Source: an uncultured Planctomycetaceae bacterium
Lineage (GTDB): Bacteria; Planctomycetota; Planctomycetia; Planctomycetales; Planctomycetaceae
Assembly: GCA_964459965.1 (NCBI GenBank)
Contig: CAYWOV010000001.1
Location: 1-42,944 of the forward strand
Length of the DNA: 42,944 bases
Direction: 5' to 3'
In this document: piece after piece, positions 32,664-41,250 of the stretch
Layout of the letters: each line of letters starts with the position of its first letter
Position numbering within the stretch: position 1 is the first letter of the stretch
Translations under genes and position numbers: made by a program
The notes under the pieces: model-generated
What the model was told of the DNA's origin: nothing
Seen by the model: only the letters and a program-made list of their open reading frames with translations
Databases searched by the model: none

Positions 32664-34166
32664 ATGGAAAAGGAGCGGCCCTACCCCGTCGCCGAACTGC
32701 TGGCGATCGCCGAGGGAGAGCACGCCGAGCGCGTGGCGACGCTGGAAAACCTCCGCAACGTGACCGAGGTGCGGAAGAGCTACACCGCGGTGCTCCTCTG
32801 GCTGCACGGCCGCGGGGCGATCTCGCGCGACGTGGCGGCCGACTGGCGGGAGATCGGCGCCTCCTCCGCGGTGCGGCTGGGACAGCGGACGGTGCAGGAG
32901 GCGGTCAAGTTCTGGCGCCGCCTGGGCATCTTGAAAACGACCGCGCGGTATGATAACAACGGATCGTTGATCGCTCCGCTCGCACGACTGGACTGGGGGG
33001 CCGTCCTCGCGGTCATGACGGGCCGGCCGAATGCCGCCGTGCACGAGGCCCCCAGGGCGGAGCGGGTGGCCGAGGCGGAGGGCCGGCATTTCCTTGCCGG
33101 CCCTCCGCATTCTGACCCTTCTCCGGAGAACCCTGGGGCAGAGTCCATTGCCCGCGGAGAGCAGTTTACCGCAGCCACGCAAAGCGCCCAAGGGCAAGCC
33201 GGAAAGGCCCTCTCCACTTCCGGGGGTCCTAGCGCACGGAGGCATACCGACAACGGGGGTCCTAGCGCACCGTGCGCTACCCCTAGCGCACCGTGCGCTA
33301 CCCCTAGCGCACGGTGCGCTAGGGTCCTTACCGCCGACGGGGGTCCTAGCGCACGCGAGCCGCTTCGCCATGGAGCGTACGCGCGGCGTGACTGGCAACG
33401 CGTGCACGCCTGCGCGCACGGTCTTTCCGTCTCCGTATCCGATTCCGTCGTCGACGACGGAGGCGTGCGCCGCGAGGCGCCGCCGGCCGCGGTGCGGTCG
33501 CTGATCGGCGAGGCGGCGGCCTTGCTGGGCATGAATCCGCCGGGCGAAAAAATGCACCGGCTGCTCTCGGCCGCCGCCCTGGCTGCGCTCTGGTTTTGGG
33601 GCCGCGATTGGTTGCTCATCTCGGCGCGAATCATGGGCGAGGACATGAAGGAAGGCAGGGTGAGGAGGCCCACGGGCCTGCTGCCCTGCATCCTGGCCGA
33701 GCAGGCCGTGGCCGTAGGCGGCATGCAAACCATCGATGATCCGGGCGTCCGCCTCTCGCGCTACAACGCGATCATGAGTCCCATCGAGCGCTTCGCCGCG
33801 CGCAGATACCCGCCGCCGGCGGCGCCGCCGCAGCAGCCGCCCGCGGCCGCCGCGGCGCGATCGCGCTACGAGGTCTCCGCGGACGAGCGGGCGGCGCGAC
33901 AGCGCGAAGAGCGGGGAATCATCGCCGCGGCGCGCAATGCGCTCAAGGCCGCGCCCTCCCCTGCCCCGGGGCAGGGCGAAAGCGGGGACCAAGAAAAACC
34001 CCTAGAATTCGCGGGGGAAATGCAGAAGGGGGGCGCGGAACGACAAGGCGAAAGCGAGCAGGGGGAGGGGGATTTCGGGACGGGAGACGGGGAAACGACC
34101 GATCCCCAAATCCCTAAATCCCCCGTCTCTAAATCCCTCGTTTCCGCCGCCGCGCGGCCGCCGTAA
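32664..34166 (+). CDS. Replication initiator-like protein (N-terminal winged-helix) containing the putative origin
   Basis: N-terminus ...VLLWLHGRGAISRDVAADWREIGASSAVRLGQRTVQEAVKFWRRLGIL looks like wHTH. An iteron/palindrome cluster is embedded mid-gene, as in lambda O. The C-terminal tail is a family-D repeat. Confidence 0.5.
   Translation: MEKERPYPVAELLAIAEGEHAERVATLENLRNVTEVRKSYTAVLLWLHGRGAISRDVAADWREIGASSAVRLGQRTVQEAVKFWRRLGILKTTARYDNNGSLIAPLARLDWGAVLAVMTGRPNAAVHEAPRAERVAEAEGRHFLAGPPHSDPSPENPGAESIARGEQFTAATQSAQGQAGKALSTSGGPSARRHTDNGGPSAPCATPSAPCATPSARCARVLTADGGPSAREPLRHGAYARRDWQRVHACAHGLSVSVSDSVVDDGGVRREAPPAAVRSLIGEAAALLGMNPPGEKMHRLLSAAALAALWFWGRDWLLISARIMGEDMKEGRVRRPTGLLPCILAEQAVAVGGMQTIDDPGVRLSRYNAIMSPIERFAARRYPPPAAPPQQPPAAAAARSRYEVSADERAARQREERGIIAAARNALKAAPSPAPGQGESGDQEKPLEFAGEMQKGGAERQGESEQGEGDFGTGDGETTDPQIPKSPVSKSLVSAAARPP
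33222..33354. promoter_or_regulatory. Putative origin of replication: iterons plus palindromes
   Basis: GGGGGTCCTAGCGCAC occurs at 33222, 33255 and 33339. TAGCGCAC(C/G)GTGCGCTA palindromes occur at 33263-33279, 33284-33300 and 33305-33321 (21-bp phasing). Confidence 0.55.
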
Positions 34167-34321
34167 CGTGCGAACTTGTGTCCCGAGCCGCCTGCTCGTC
34201 GCAAGGCGGCTCCGGCCGGACCGGCGCTTTGGCACAGTTCACTTGGCAGAGGACGGGCCGGCGCCGGCCCCGGCCGGGTTTTTCAAATTCCCGTGGCGAT
34301 TCGAGGAGGGAGGAAGGAAAA

Positions 34322-35809
34322 GTGGTTACGACAACGAAACGAAGACGCTCTCACGCCAAGGCGCCAAGGCGCAAAGCCAACCAGACGGCGCCGGACAGCA
34401 AGACGAAAGCACCGGCGGCGGATAAAAACCGCTTCGAGCACGATCTCTGGGGGCTCATCGACGGCGCGGAAAAATGGCTGCGGCGGCACCGCGTCCCGCA
34501 ACGAGACTTCGGCCTCTGGACGATGCTGCTGCCGGACGAGGAGTGGCACGTGTCCATCTCGCTGAAGGCGTGGACCGCGAAAGTCGATCGTTGGCTGGAG
34601 GCCTGGCGGAAGGCCGGCTGGCAGCGGGCCCCGGCTGGTCGGGAATACCAGGTCTTCAAGACCGTCGGCGACGTGCCGATGGGCATCCAGTTCGCCGACC
34701 TGGGCAGCGGCGTCTACGCGGTGAGAAAGGGCGACCCGGAGTTTTTCAGCGACACGGATTACATGTCGCTGAGTCAGATCGGTTCCCGGACGACGCCCGC
34801 GGCGGCGGAAAAACTGCTGCTCAAAGAACTCGAGAAATTCCGCCAAAAACGGGCTAAGGTGGAACTGAAGCGCTTGGGCGGTAAGCGCCATCCTCCCCGC
34901 GCCTCTGCGCCTTTGCGTGAGACTCCTTCGGTCAAACCTGGTGCCCCCGGCGGAAACGGCGAGGCCGCCGGCACGGCCATGGTGCTGCGCCAGGACGGCC
35001 CGGACCTGCCGGCGATCGTCTCGCTGGAGGAGGCCGAAACGCTCAAGGAGTGCGAAGAGACGATCCGCCAAAACCTCCATGGCTTTATCGAGGTCGGCCA
35101 GGCCCTGGGGCGGATCCAGCAGGAGCGGCTCTATCGGGGCAAGTACAAGACGTTCGAGGAGTATTGCCGCACGGAGTGGGATTTCGCCCGCGCCTACGCC
35201 TACCGCCTGGTGAGCGCGGCCAGCGTGGTCAAGCGGCTGGAAGTGTCACCAATTGGCGACGGCGGCAAAAGTGGGACGAAGCGCTCCGACCTCCCGGACG
35301 GCCATATCGTGCTGCCGGCGACCGAGTCGCAGGTGCGGCCCCTGACGCGGCTGACCGACCCCAAGCAGCAGATCGCCGCCTGGAAAAAGGTCCTCAAGGC
35401 GGCGCCCCGCGGGGCCGACAACGTGCCGCGGGTGACGGCCGAGATCGTGGAACGGGTGGTGGCCGAGACGATCGGAGAGCCGACGAAGAGGCCGGCGGCA
35501 AACGGGCACGCGGCGATGGAAGAACCTCGCGCGAAGCCGCAAAGCCGCGAAGGAAAAGAGATTCACCACGGAGACACGGAGCGCACGGAGAGGGATCATG
35601 GGCTGCCGCTCTGGAAGCTCGAGGCCGCTACGCTCTTGGCCCTCGACCGCGAGTTGGAAGAGACGGTCAAAACCTATTCGCTCGACGAGCTGGACGAATT
35701 GCTTCTTTTGCTCCGCGACCTGGCCGGCCGCGTGGTGGCATTGCACGCGAAGTGGCGGCAAGGAGGGGCCCGCCGCCAATCCCCAATCCCCAATCCCTCG
35801 GTCCGATGA
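34322..35809 (+). CDS. Multi-domain DNA-binding protein (DUF3102 / ParB-HTH-like central domain)
   Basis: The central segment FIEVGQALGRIQQERLYRGKYKTFEEYCRTEWDFARAYAYRLVSAASVV is typical of phage/plasmid HTH proteins. I suggest the GTG at 34322, after a GGAGGGAGGAAGG stretch. Three repeat elements are read in frame. Confidence 0.5.
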   Translation: MVTTTKRRRSHAKAPRRKANQTAPDSKTKAPAADKNRFEHDLWGLIDGAEKWLRRHRVPQRDFGLWTMLLPDEEWHVSISLKAWTAKVDRWLEAWRKAGWQRAPAGREYQVFKTVGDVPMGIQFADLGSGVYAVRKGDPEFFSDTDYMSLSQIGSRTTPAAAEKLLLKELEKFRQKRAKVELKRLGGKRHPPRASAPLRETPSVKPGAPGGNGEAAGTAMVLRQDGPDLPAIVSLEEAETLKECEETIRQNLHGFIEVGQALGRIQQERLYRGKYKTFEEYCRTEWDFARAYAYRLVSAASVVKRLEVSPIGDGGKSGTKRSDLPDGHIVLPATESQVRPLTRLTDPKQQIAAWKKVLKAAPRGADNVPRVTAEIVERVVAETIGEPTKRPAANGHAAMEEPRAKPQSREGKEIHHGDTERTERDHGLPLWKLEAATLLALDRELEETVKTYSLDELDELLLLLRDLAGRVVALHAKWRQGGARRQSPIPNPSVR

Positions 35810-36768
35810 GCTATCCCGGCGGCAAGGCGATGGAAGGCACCTACCAGCGGATCATCAACCTGATCCCGCCCCACGACGTCTTCGTCGAACCCTTCGCCGG
35901 CTCCGCGGCCATCGCCCGCCTCAAGCGGCCGGCCAGGCGCACGATCCTCATCGATCTCGACCCGCGCGCCACCGACGCTTTACGCGCTGTCGGCAGCCGC
36001 TTGCCGGCAACCACCGGCAGAAACGGCGATCGGGTACCGGCGCAAACGCCGGCGTCGGACCGAGCCTTGCCGCGGCTACCGACGAATACGCAGGTGGTGG
36101 AAGCGGACGGCATCGCCTGGCTCGAATACCAGCCCGACCGCGTCATGTCGAGTTGGTTCGTTTACGCCGATCCGCCCTACCTGCCCGAAACATGCAAGAG
36201 TCGCTGCCCCTACCGATTCGGCATGGGAACGAAAGAGCACCTGCGGCTCCTGGAGGTTCTCAAAGAGCTTCCCTGCCCGGTGATGATCTCGGGCCGCTGG
36301 TCGCGACTCTATGCCGAGCAGCTCGGCGGCTGGGCATCGCACACCTGGTACGCCATGAACCGCGGCGGCTCGACGGGCGAAGAGACGATCTGGATGAACT
36401 ATGCCGAGCCGACGGCCCTGCACGATTACCGCTACCTGGGACGCGACTATCGCCAGCGGGAAAACCTGGCCCGCCGCCGGCGGCGCTGGGTGGCCAGGCT
36501 CCAGCGCATGGACACGCTCCAGCGGCAAATGCTCTTGATGGCCATGCAGGAAGTTTTGCTCGGTCCGCCCCCGGCGGATCCGGCGGTGGAGGCCCATAGC
36601 GGCGGAAACGGCGATGGTCGATCGAGCAACGGCCGAAGCGGCGGTGATGGCCACCATCGGTCGACCAGCGGCGGAAATGGCGAGGGCGGCCGGGCCGGGA
36701 AGAAAAAAGCCCCTCGGCCGAGACCGGCGAAAACGGCGGTAGCCGCGGCAAGGCGGGGGAAACCATGA
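35806..36768 (+). CDS. dam: Dam-family (D12 class) N6-adenine DNA methyltransferase
   Basis: Motifs YPGGK, VFVEPFAGSAA and VYADPPY. ATGA overlap with the upstream ORF. The low-complexity C-terminal tail is family G. Confidence 0.85.
   Translation: MSYPGGKAMEGTYQRIINLIPPHDVFVEPFAGSAAIARLKRPARRTILIDLDPRATDALRAVGSRLPATTGRNGDRVPAQTPASDRALPRLPTNTQVVEADGIAWLEYQPDRVMSSWFVYADPPYLPETCKSRCPYRFGMGTKEHLRLLEVLKELPCPVMISGRWSRLYAEQLGGWASHTWYAMNRGGSTGEETIWMNYAEPTALHDYRYLGRDYRQRENLARRRRRWVARLQRMDTLQRQMLLMAMQEVLLGPPPADPAVEAHSGGNGDGRSSNGRSGGDGHHRSTSGGNGEGGRAGKKKAPRPRPAKTAVAAARRGKP
36597..36689 (+). repeat. Repeat family G; AAGCGGCGGTGAT...CG(A/G)TCGACCAGCG(C/G)CGGAAA(C/T)G
   Basis: Shared between 28186-28233 (tail of ORF 27811..28272) and 36597-36689 (tail of dam). 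Confidence 0.65.
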
Positions 36769-36921
36769 AGCTGCTTCTCCCCTGGAGATGGCTCATCTCG
36801 GCCTGGATCGCCTGGCGGACCCGGCGGGCCTTCAGGCGGGCGCTGCGCGACAAGGGCTTTTCTTGATCCGCCGGAAAAAGGACTCACGCCAAGGCGCTAA
36901 GGCGCAAAGGAGGGAACGGGG

Positions 36922-37212
36922 ATGGTCAGCGACGATTACATTCGGGGCCTGGCGGCGCGGCTCGATCCGGCGGCACAAGCCGAGTTCGGCGAGATCGAAC
37001 GATTGATCCTCAAGCGGTCCATGATCGCCTGCGGCATGGAAGAATATCCGCCGGTCCGGGGAGATTCAACCGGCGCACGCGCTAGCGGCGACATGGTCTG
37101 CAAAATCTGCCTCCAGACCTATGCCGCGCATCCCATGGACTGGCGGGTGATCGGCTATGGCGACGTGCCCTTCCTAAACGTGCTCTGCAACGGGTCCCGG
37201 GTTAAGTTGTAG
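36922..37212 (+). CDS. Hypothetical protein with CxxC...HP...LCNGSRVKL
   Basis: SD GGAGGGA upstream. 96 aa. Bracketed by inverted family-A copies. Confidence 0.55.
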   Translation: MVSDDYIRGLAARLDPAAQAEFGEIERLILKRSMIACGMEEYPPVRGDSTGARASGDMVCKICLQTYAAHPMDWRVIGYGDVPFLNVLCNGSRVKL

Positions 37213-37319
37213 CCCGCTTCCTTTGCGCCTCTGCGCCTTTGCGTGAGATCTGTTCGTCGGCGGGTGCGCGCACGGCTCGGGACCAAAAAAGGTGCAATAG
37301 ACCTTTTTTCCCCAAGTGC

Positions 37320-38177
37320 TCAGGCGGCCCGCCCTTGCGCGCCCACTAGCCGCAGCTTCTCCTGGCAGCACTGCGAGATGAACGCCAGGTCGTCGATCGA
37401 CAGGTCGGCCAGGCGGCGGAGGATCAAGAGCCGCGCCGGCTTGCTGCGGCTGGGCGGGGCCACGCGGGCCGGACGCAGCTCCAAAACCTTCAGGCGGACG
37501 GCCGCGGCCGTGGGCTTCTCGGCGAGGATCCACGCCCAGAGGGCCCTCGATTGCGCCGAGAGGGCCGCGCGGATCGCCCATTGGCCGGTCCGCGGCTGAC
37601 GCTTGATCAGCGGCAGCAGGGCCCGCAGCGTGCTTACGGGGAGCGTCTTGGCGGGCTTCGAACCGAAGAGGTGGACCACCCAGTACAGCGCGATGATCCG
37701 GTTCACCCGCAAGGCCTCGCCGCGCAGCCCCTCGGCCTTCAGCCGCTCGACGATGTGGCGGATGGCGGCCGGGCGGGCGACGGCGTGGCGGGCCTGCTCG
37801 GCAACCCATTGATCGGCCCAATAGCCCAGGTGCACGACGCGGGCGGTAGTCGCCTGATCGGCGGCGAGCCAGGCAGCCACCAGCCGCCCGAGCGTGACCC
37901 GGGGAGCCGCCGCCGGCGGCGGCGCGGGCCCGGCCGCGGCGGGAAGGGAGGCCGCCGCGACCGGACCGGGAGGATGTTTTGCTTCGGTCGCGGGTTGGTC
38001 GACGGACTCTTGCCGGGAGGGGGCCGGCGCGAGGTCCGCCGACGGTGCTTTTGCAGGGGATGCGGCCGGCTGCGTCCCGTGGAGAACCCGGCCGATTATC
38101 CCCCCGAGCGAAAACGCTTGATCCTGTGCGTCCACGTCCCTTTTCCCTCCAAGCAAGAGCCACAGACCCAAACCCAC
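37320..38177 (-). CDS. Minus-strand hypothetical protein (lysogeny/regulation candidate)
   Basis: The C-terminal 190 aa or so have normal composition and high GC3 (RVNRIIALYWVVHLFGSKPAKTL...). The N-terminus is Pro/Ala-rich, so the true start may be internal. Overlapping ORFs in other frames are Arg/Gly/Pro junk. Confidence 0.5.
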   Translation of the reverse strand: MGLGLWLLLGGKRDVDAQDQAFSLGGIIGRVLHGTQPAASPAKAPSADLAPAPSRQESVDQPATEAKHPPGPVAAASLPAAAGPAPPPAAAPRVTLGRLVAAWLAADQATTARVVHLGYWADQWVAEQARHAVARPAAIRHIVERLKAEGLRGEALRVNRIIALYWVVHLFGSKPAKTLPVSTLRALLPLIKRQPRTGQWAIRAALSAQSRALWAWILAEKPTAAAVRLKVLELRPARVAPPSRSKPARLLILRRLADLSIDDLAFISQCCQEKLRLVGAQGRAA

Positions 38178-38510
38178 GTAAGAAAGGTTTCGGCAGGTCC
38201 GGGGACTCCAGTTTTGCCGGATGGGGCGCCGGCCGCTTTTCGCGCACCACCGGAACTTGACTTTTTCCCCCGCACGGGTCCTAAGCGTGAGCTAAACTTT
38301 TCGGACTAGGAAAGCCCTGCCTCCCCTTCCGCCTCTGCGGCCCACCCTATGTAGATCGTTTCCCCATCTCGCCGCGCGGCGTGAAGCCTGGGTCTATAGG
38401 TCCCGGGCACAATTCGCGCGGCCGCGGCACCCGTGAGCTTTGCTCCAATGGCCCGCGGCCGCGCGATCTCTTTGCAAAGGGGGAAGGCGGAGGGCGGACG
38501 GGGGAAAAAA

Positions 38511-38783
38511 ATGGAAAGAAGCCCCGTGACCAAATTCCAGGCCGCCAAGGCCGCCCAGCGTCTGAAGGTGATCGAGGCCAAATGCAAGGATCTGTACGAG
38601 GAACGGGACTCGATCGAGTCCCGCCTCATCGACGCGGTGCGGGCCAGCCGCAACGAATCGATCGCCCTGCCCGACGGCGCCACCATCACCCTGAAGGACA
38701 ATTTTCAGGACCGCGAGGGAAACCCGCGGAACGTGGCGTTTAAGACAGCCGCGGTGAAACGCTTTGAAATCCAAGTGAAGTAG
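38511..38783 (+). CDS. Hypothetical protein (coiled-coil N-terminus)
   Basis: ATG at 38511 after an A-rich spacer. 90 aa of ordinary composition. Confidence 0.55.
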   Translation: MERSPVTKFQAAKAAQRLKVIEAKCKDLYEERDSIESRLIDAVRASRNESIALPDGATITLKDNFQDREGNPRNVAFKTAAVKRFEIQVK

Positions 38784-38883
38784 GCGAGAAATCAAATTCC
38801 CCGCCGCTCTCCGGCAGCTCGACGGCCCGCAGTGAAGAGGCGTTGACGGGCGAGCGGACGGGGAACAGAGAATCGCCAGACGC

Positions 38884-39501
38884 ATGACCTCCGCAATTCT
38901 TCCCGCCGCAGCCTCCTGCCCGATTCCTGACTCGCGGCCGCCGCGCGCCGGCAGCCGCAGCGTCCGCTTCGCCCAGGCCCGGTGCGAGATCCGCGACGGA
39001 GACGTCCTGCTCTGGCGGCCCACCTCGCTCTGCGGTCGGGCCATCGCCGCCGCGACCGGCTCGATCTACTCGCACGCCTCGCTTGCGGCCTGGTTCTGCG
39101 ATTCGCTGGCCAATCTGGAAATGGTCCAATGGGCCGGCGGCCGGGCCGCCAATCTGGAAAAGCAAGTGCAGCGCTGGCCGGGCTGCTGCGACGTCTACCG
39201 CGTGCCGGTGATCCCCGAGCCGCGCTGGGTCGTCAGGCAGATGTTCCGCCTGGTGCAGCAGGACTACGGCTGGCAGGACTTTTTGTACATCGTCGGTAGC
39301 CGCTATTTGCGGTTGCCCCTCTTGGCCGTGGAAAACACCCGCGATCCGGAGCAGCCGCGGGTGTGTAGCGCGGCGGTGGCCTGGGCGATCCGTACCGGCG
39401 CGGGCCTGCGGGTCGATCCGCGGCGCAACGACGCCCAGATCGTCCCCGGCGACCTGGCCGACGAGGATTTTTCCCGTTACGTGCTGACACTGATTCCATG
39501 A
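38884..39501 (+). CDS. Permuted papain-fold (YiiX / C92-like) amidase; endolysin candidate
   Basis: GDVLLWRP...GRAIAAATGSIYSHASL (early His) and PRVCSAAVAWA (late Cys), as in the permuted NlpC/P60-YiiX family. Confidence 0.5.
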   Translation: MTSAILPAAASCPIPDSRPPRAGSRSVRFAQARCEIRDGDVLLWRPTSLCGRAIAAATGSIYSHASLAAWFCDSLANLEMVQWAGGRAANLEKQVQRWPGCCDVYRVPVIPEPRWVVRQMFRLVQQDYGWQDFLYIVGSRYLRLPLLAVENTRDPEQPRVCSAAVAWAIRTGAGLRVDPRRNDAQIVPGDLADEDFSRYVLTLIP

Positions 39502-39513
39502 GAACCGAACAGG

Positions 39514-39547
39514 TCTCACGCAAAGGCGCAAAGGCGCAAAGAGGAAA
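39514..39547 (+). repeat. Dispersed repeat family A (representative copy); forward consensus CTCACGCAAAGGCGCAAAGGCGCAAAG
   Basis: Forward copies: 8008-8036, 19233-19263, 28427-28455, 28491-28523, 34349-34377, 35526-35553 (degenerate), 36880-36912, 39514-39547. Reverse copies: 19337-19366, 26447-26484, 29782-29810, 32059-32087, 34899-34923, 37219-37249, 39565-39596, 41637-41670. Confidence 0.85.
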
Positions 39548-39597
39548 CGACATGAACCGCCGTCTTTCCTTGGCGCCTCTGCGCCTTTGCGTGAGAA
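39514..39597. terminator. Long near-perfect hairpin from an inverted pair of family-A repeats
   Basis: TCTCACGCAAAGGCGCAAAGGCGCAAAGAGGAAA ... TTTCCTTGGCGCCTCTGCGCCTTTGCGTGAGA with a 17-nt loop, located between two + strand genes. Confidence 0.5.
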
Positions 39598-39670
39598 TCT
39601 TTCCGCTCGCATTCGTTGCCTGACGTTATCCCAGAAACCGGCGCCTTGGGCGCCGAGAAAAGGAAGAGCC

Positions 39671-39973
39671 ATGAACCGCGTTTTCGTGCTGAAGAACTGC
39701 CTGCAAGCCGCCACCGCCCTCCGCCAGACCCTGAGCCCGGCGGGCATCCGCCGCGCCTACCGCGTGGTGGGCGATCTGCACGCCCAGACGATCGAAGAGG
39801 CCGGCTCCAACGCGGCCGTGCTCGCCGTGCTGACGACGGCCAGCGACGAGGAGAAGGCGCAGGCCGCGAGCGAACTGGGCTGGACGCCCAACCCGCAGAA
39901 CGTGCAACTGCTCTTGCAGATCGCCGAGCAGATGATGGTCATGATGGCCGCCAGCAAGGGCGTCCCGGCCTGA
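39671..39973 (+). CDS. Hypothetical protein
   Basis: SD AAAAGGAAGAG before the ATG at 39671. 100 aa. Confidence 0.55.
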   Translation: MNRVFVLKNCLQAATALRQTLSPAGIRRAYRVVGDLHAQTIEEAGSNAAVLAVLTTASDEEKAQAASELGWTPNPQNVQLLLQIAEQMMVMMAASKGVPA

Positions 39974-40086
39974 TCAGAGCAGGGATTGGGAGAGCTGGGA
40001 ATTTCGGGATTTCGAGAACGCCCGAACTCCGTACCCCTAAATCCCTAAATCCCTGACCCCTAAATCCGTCTCTCTGGAGCAAAGCG

Positions 40087-41094
40087 ATGTCCATCGTCAC
40101 GCTGCATACCGGCCGCCGCGTCGCCACGGGCCTGGTGCGCTCAAGCCGCGCGGCGCTTTCTGCCGCCTGGAATCCGTTCGGACACGGCAGCCGCGTGAAG
40201 GCGTTGCCGGCGGCGCCGGCGACGATCATCAACTCGGCCGGCGTCGTCCTGGACCCGTACGGCAACAGCGACATTCCCGACCCGCGGGACACGAGCTACC
40301 CGGGCGATCCTGTGGGCAATTGCACCTGCGCCGCGATAGCCACGATCCTGGTGGCGCTCTCGCAGGTGACCGGGCTGGCCGGCGGCCAGTTGAATCTACT
40401 GGCCTCGATGGTCGTCCAGTGGTGGCAAACCAACAATCCCCAATGCGACATCCTCCACGCGCTGGAGATGCTGCAAACGGTGCCCATGGTGGACGCCAAG
40501 GGAAACCCCTACACCATCGGCGCGAGCGGCGTCATCGACTGGAGCAACTACGAGGTCGTGCAGCAATCTCTGAACCTGTTCAAGGCCATCGACAACGGCC
40601 TGGATTCCAGCCCGCTGCAGGCGGCCGTGGGCAACTCGGACGGTTTTATCGTCGCGGGCGTCACGAAGCCCCTGAGCAATTACGATCACTCGACGCCCAC
40701 CCTCGACGTCGGCGAGGCCGGGGCGATCGCCGACGCCTGGAAGGTCGCGCTGGACACGAACAAGATCAACGCCACCGAGCCGGTCATCGGCATGGCCACC
40801 TGGGGAGTGAAGGGCATCGTCGAATTCGAGAGCTATGTGAATATGAACGGGGAGGCCCATGTGATCCTCACCAGCACGGCCCGCGGCGATTCGGCCGCGT
40901 GGAACCCCGTGGCGGAGAGCGATTTTACCGATCTGACGGGCGAGCCGCCGTCGGCCGACGAGCCCACGCCGGCCCAAAAGCTGCCGACGCAGCGGGCCAT
41001 CGAGGTGGCGCGGCGGGCCGCGCGGCACTACCGCCGCGATCCGGCCCACGTCCTGCAAGTGCTCGAGCGGCTGGAAAGCGCGTTTCCCGAGTAA
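40087..41094 (+). CDS. Putative papain-like cysteine peptidase
   Basis: The Cys motif PVGNCTCAAIATIL and the His candidate NGEAHVILT are weak, motif-only evidence. 335 aa. Confidence 0.35.
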   Translation: MSIVTLHTGRRVATGLVRSSRAALSAAWNPFGHGSRVKALPAAPATIINSAGVVLDPYGNSDIPDPRDTSYPGDPVGNCTCAAIATILVALSQVTGLAGGQLNLLASMVVQWWQTNNPQCDILHALEMLQTVPMVDAKGNPYTIGASGVIDWSNYEVVQQSLNLFKAIDNGLDSSPLQAAVGNSDGFIVAGVTKPLSNYDHSTPTLDVGEAGAIADAWKVALDTNKINATEPVIGMATWGVKGIVEFESYVNMNGEAHVILTSTARGDSAAWNPVAESDFTDLTGEPPSADEPTPAQKLPTQRAIEVARRAARHYRRDPAHVLQVLERLESAFPE

Positions 41095-41250
41095 GACGGA
41101 AGCCAGACGGCCATGGACCCACACCGATCACCACGGAGACACGGAGAGGGACGGCCTAGAACCAATCCCCAATCCCCAATCCCTAATCCCTTTGTTGAAC
41201 AACCCCCGCGGCGCGCGTCGCCGCCTTCCCCTTTTTTGGAGAGCATCGTC

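Noticed and set aside
37174-38250. 358-aa minus-strand ORF and 252-aa plus-strand ORF (37551..38309) overlapping the chosen minus-strand gene 37320..38177.
   Set aside because: Both are extreme Arg/Gly/Pro shadow frames. The chosen frame has ordinary hydrophobic/aromatic content and GC3-rich codons in its C-terminal two-thirds.
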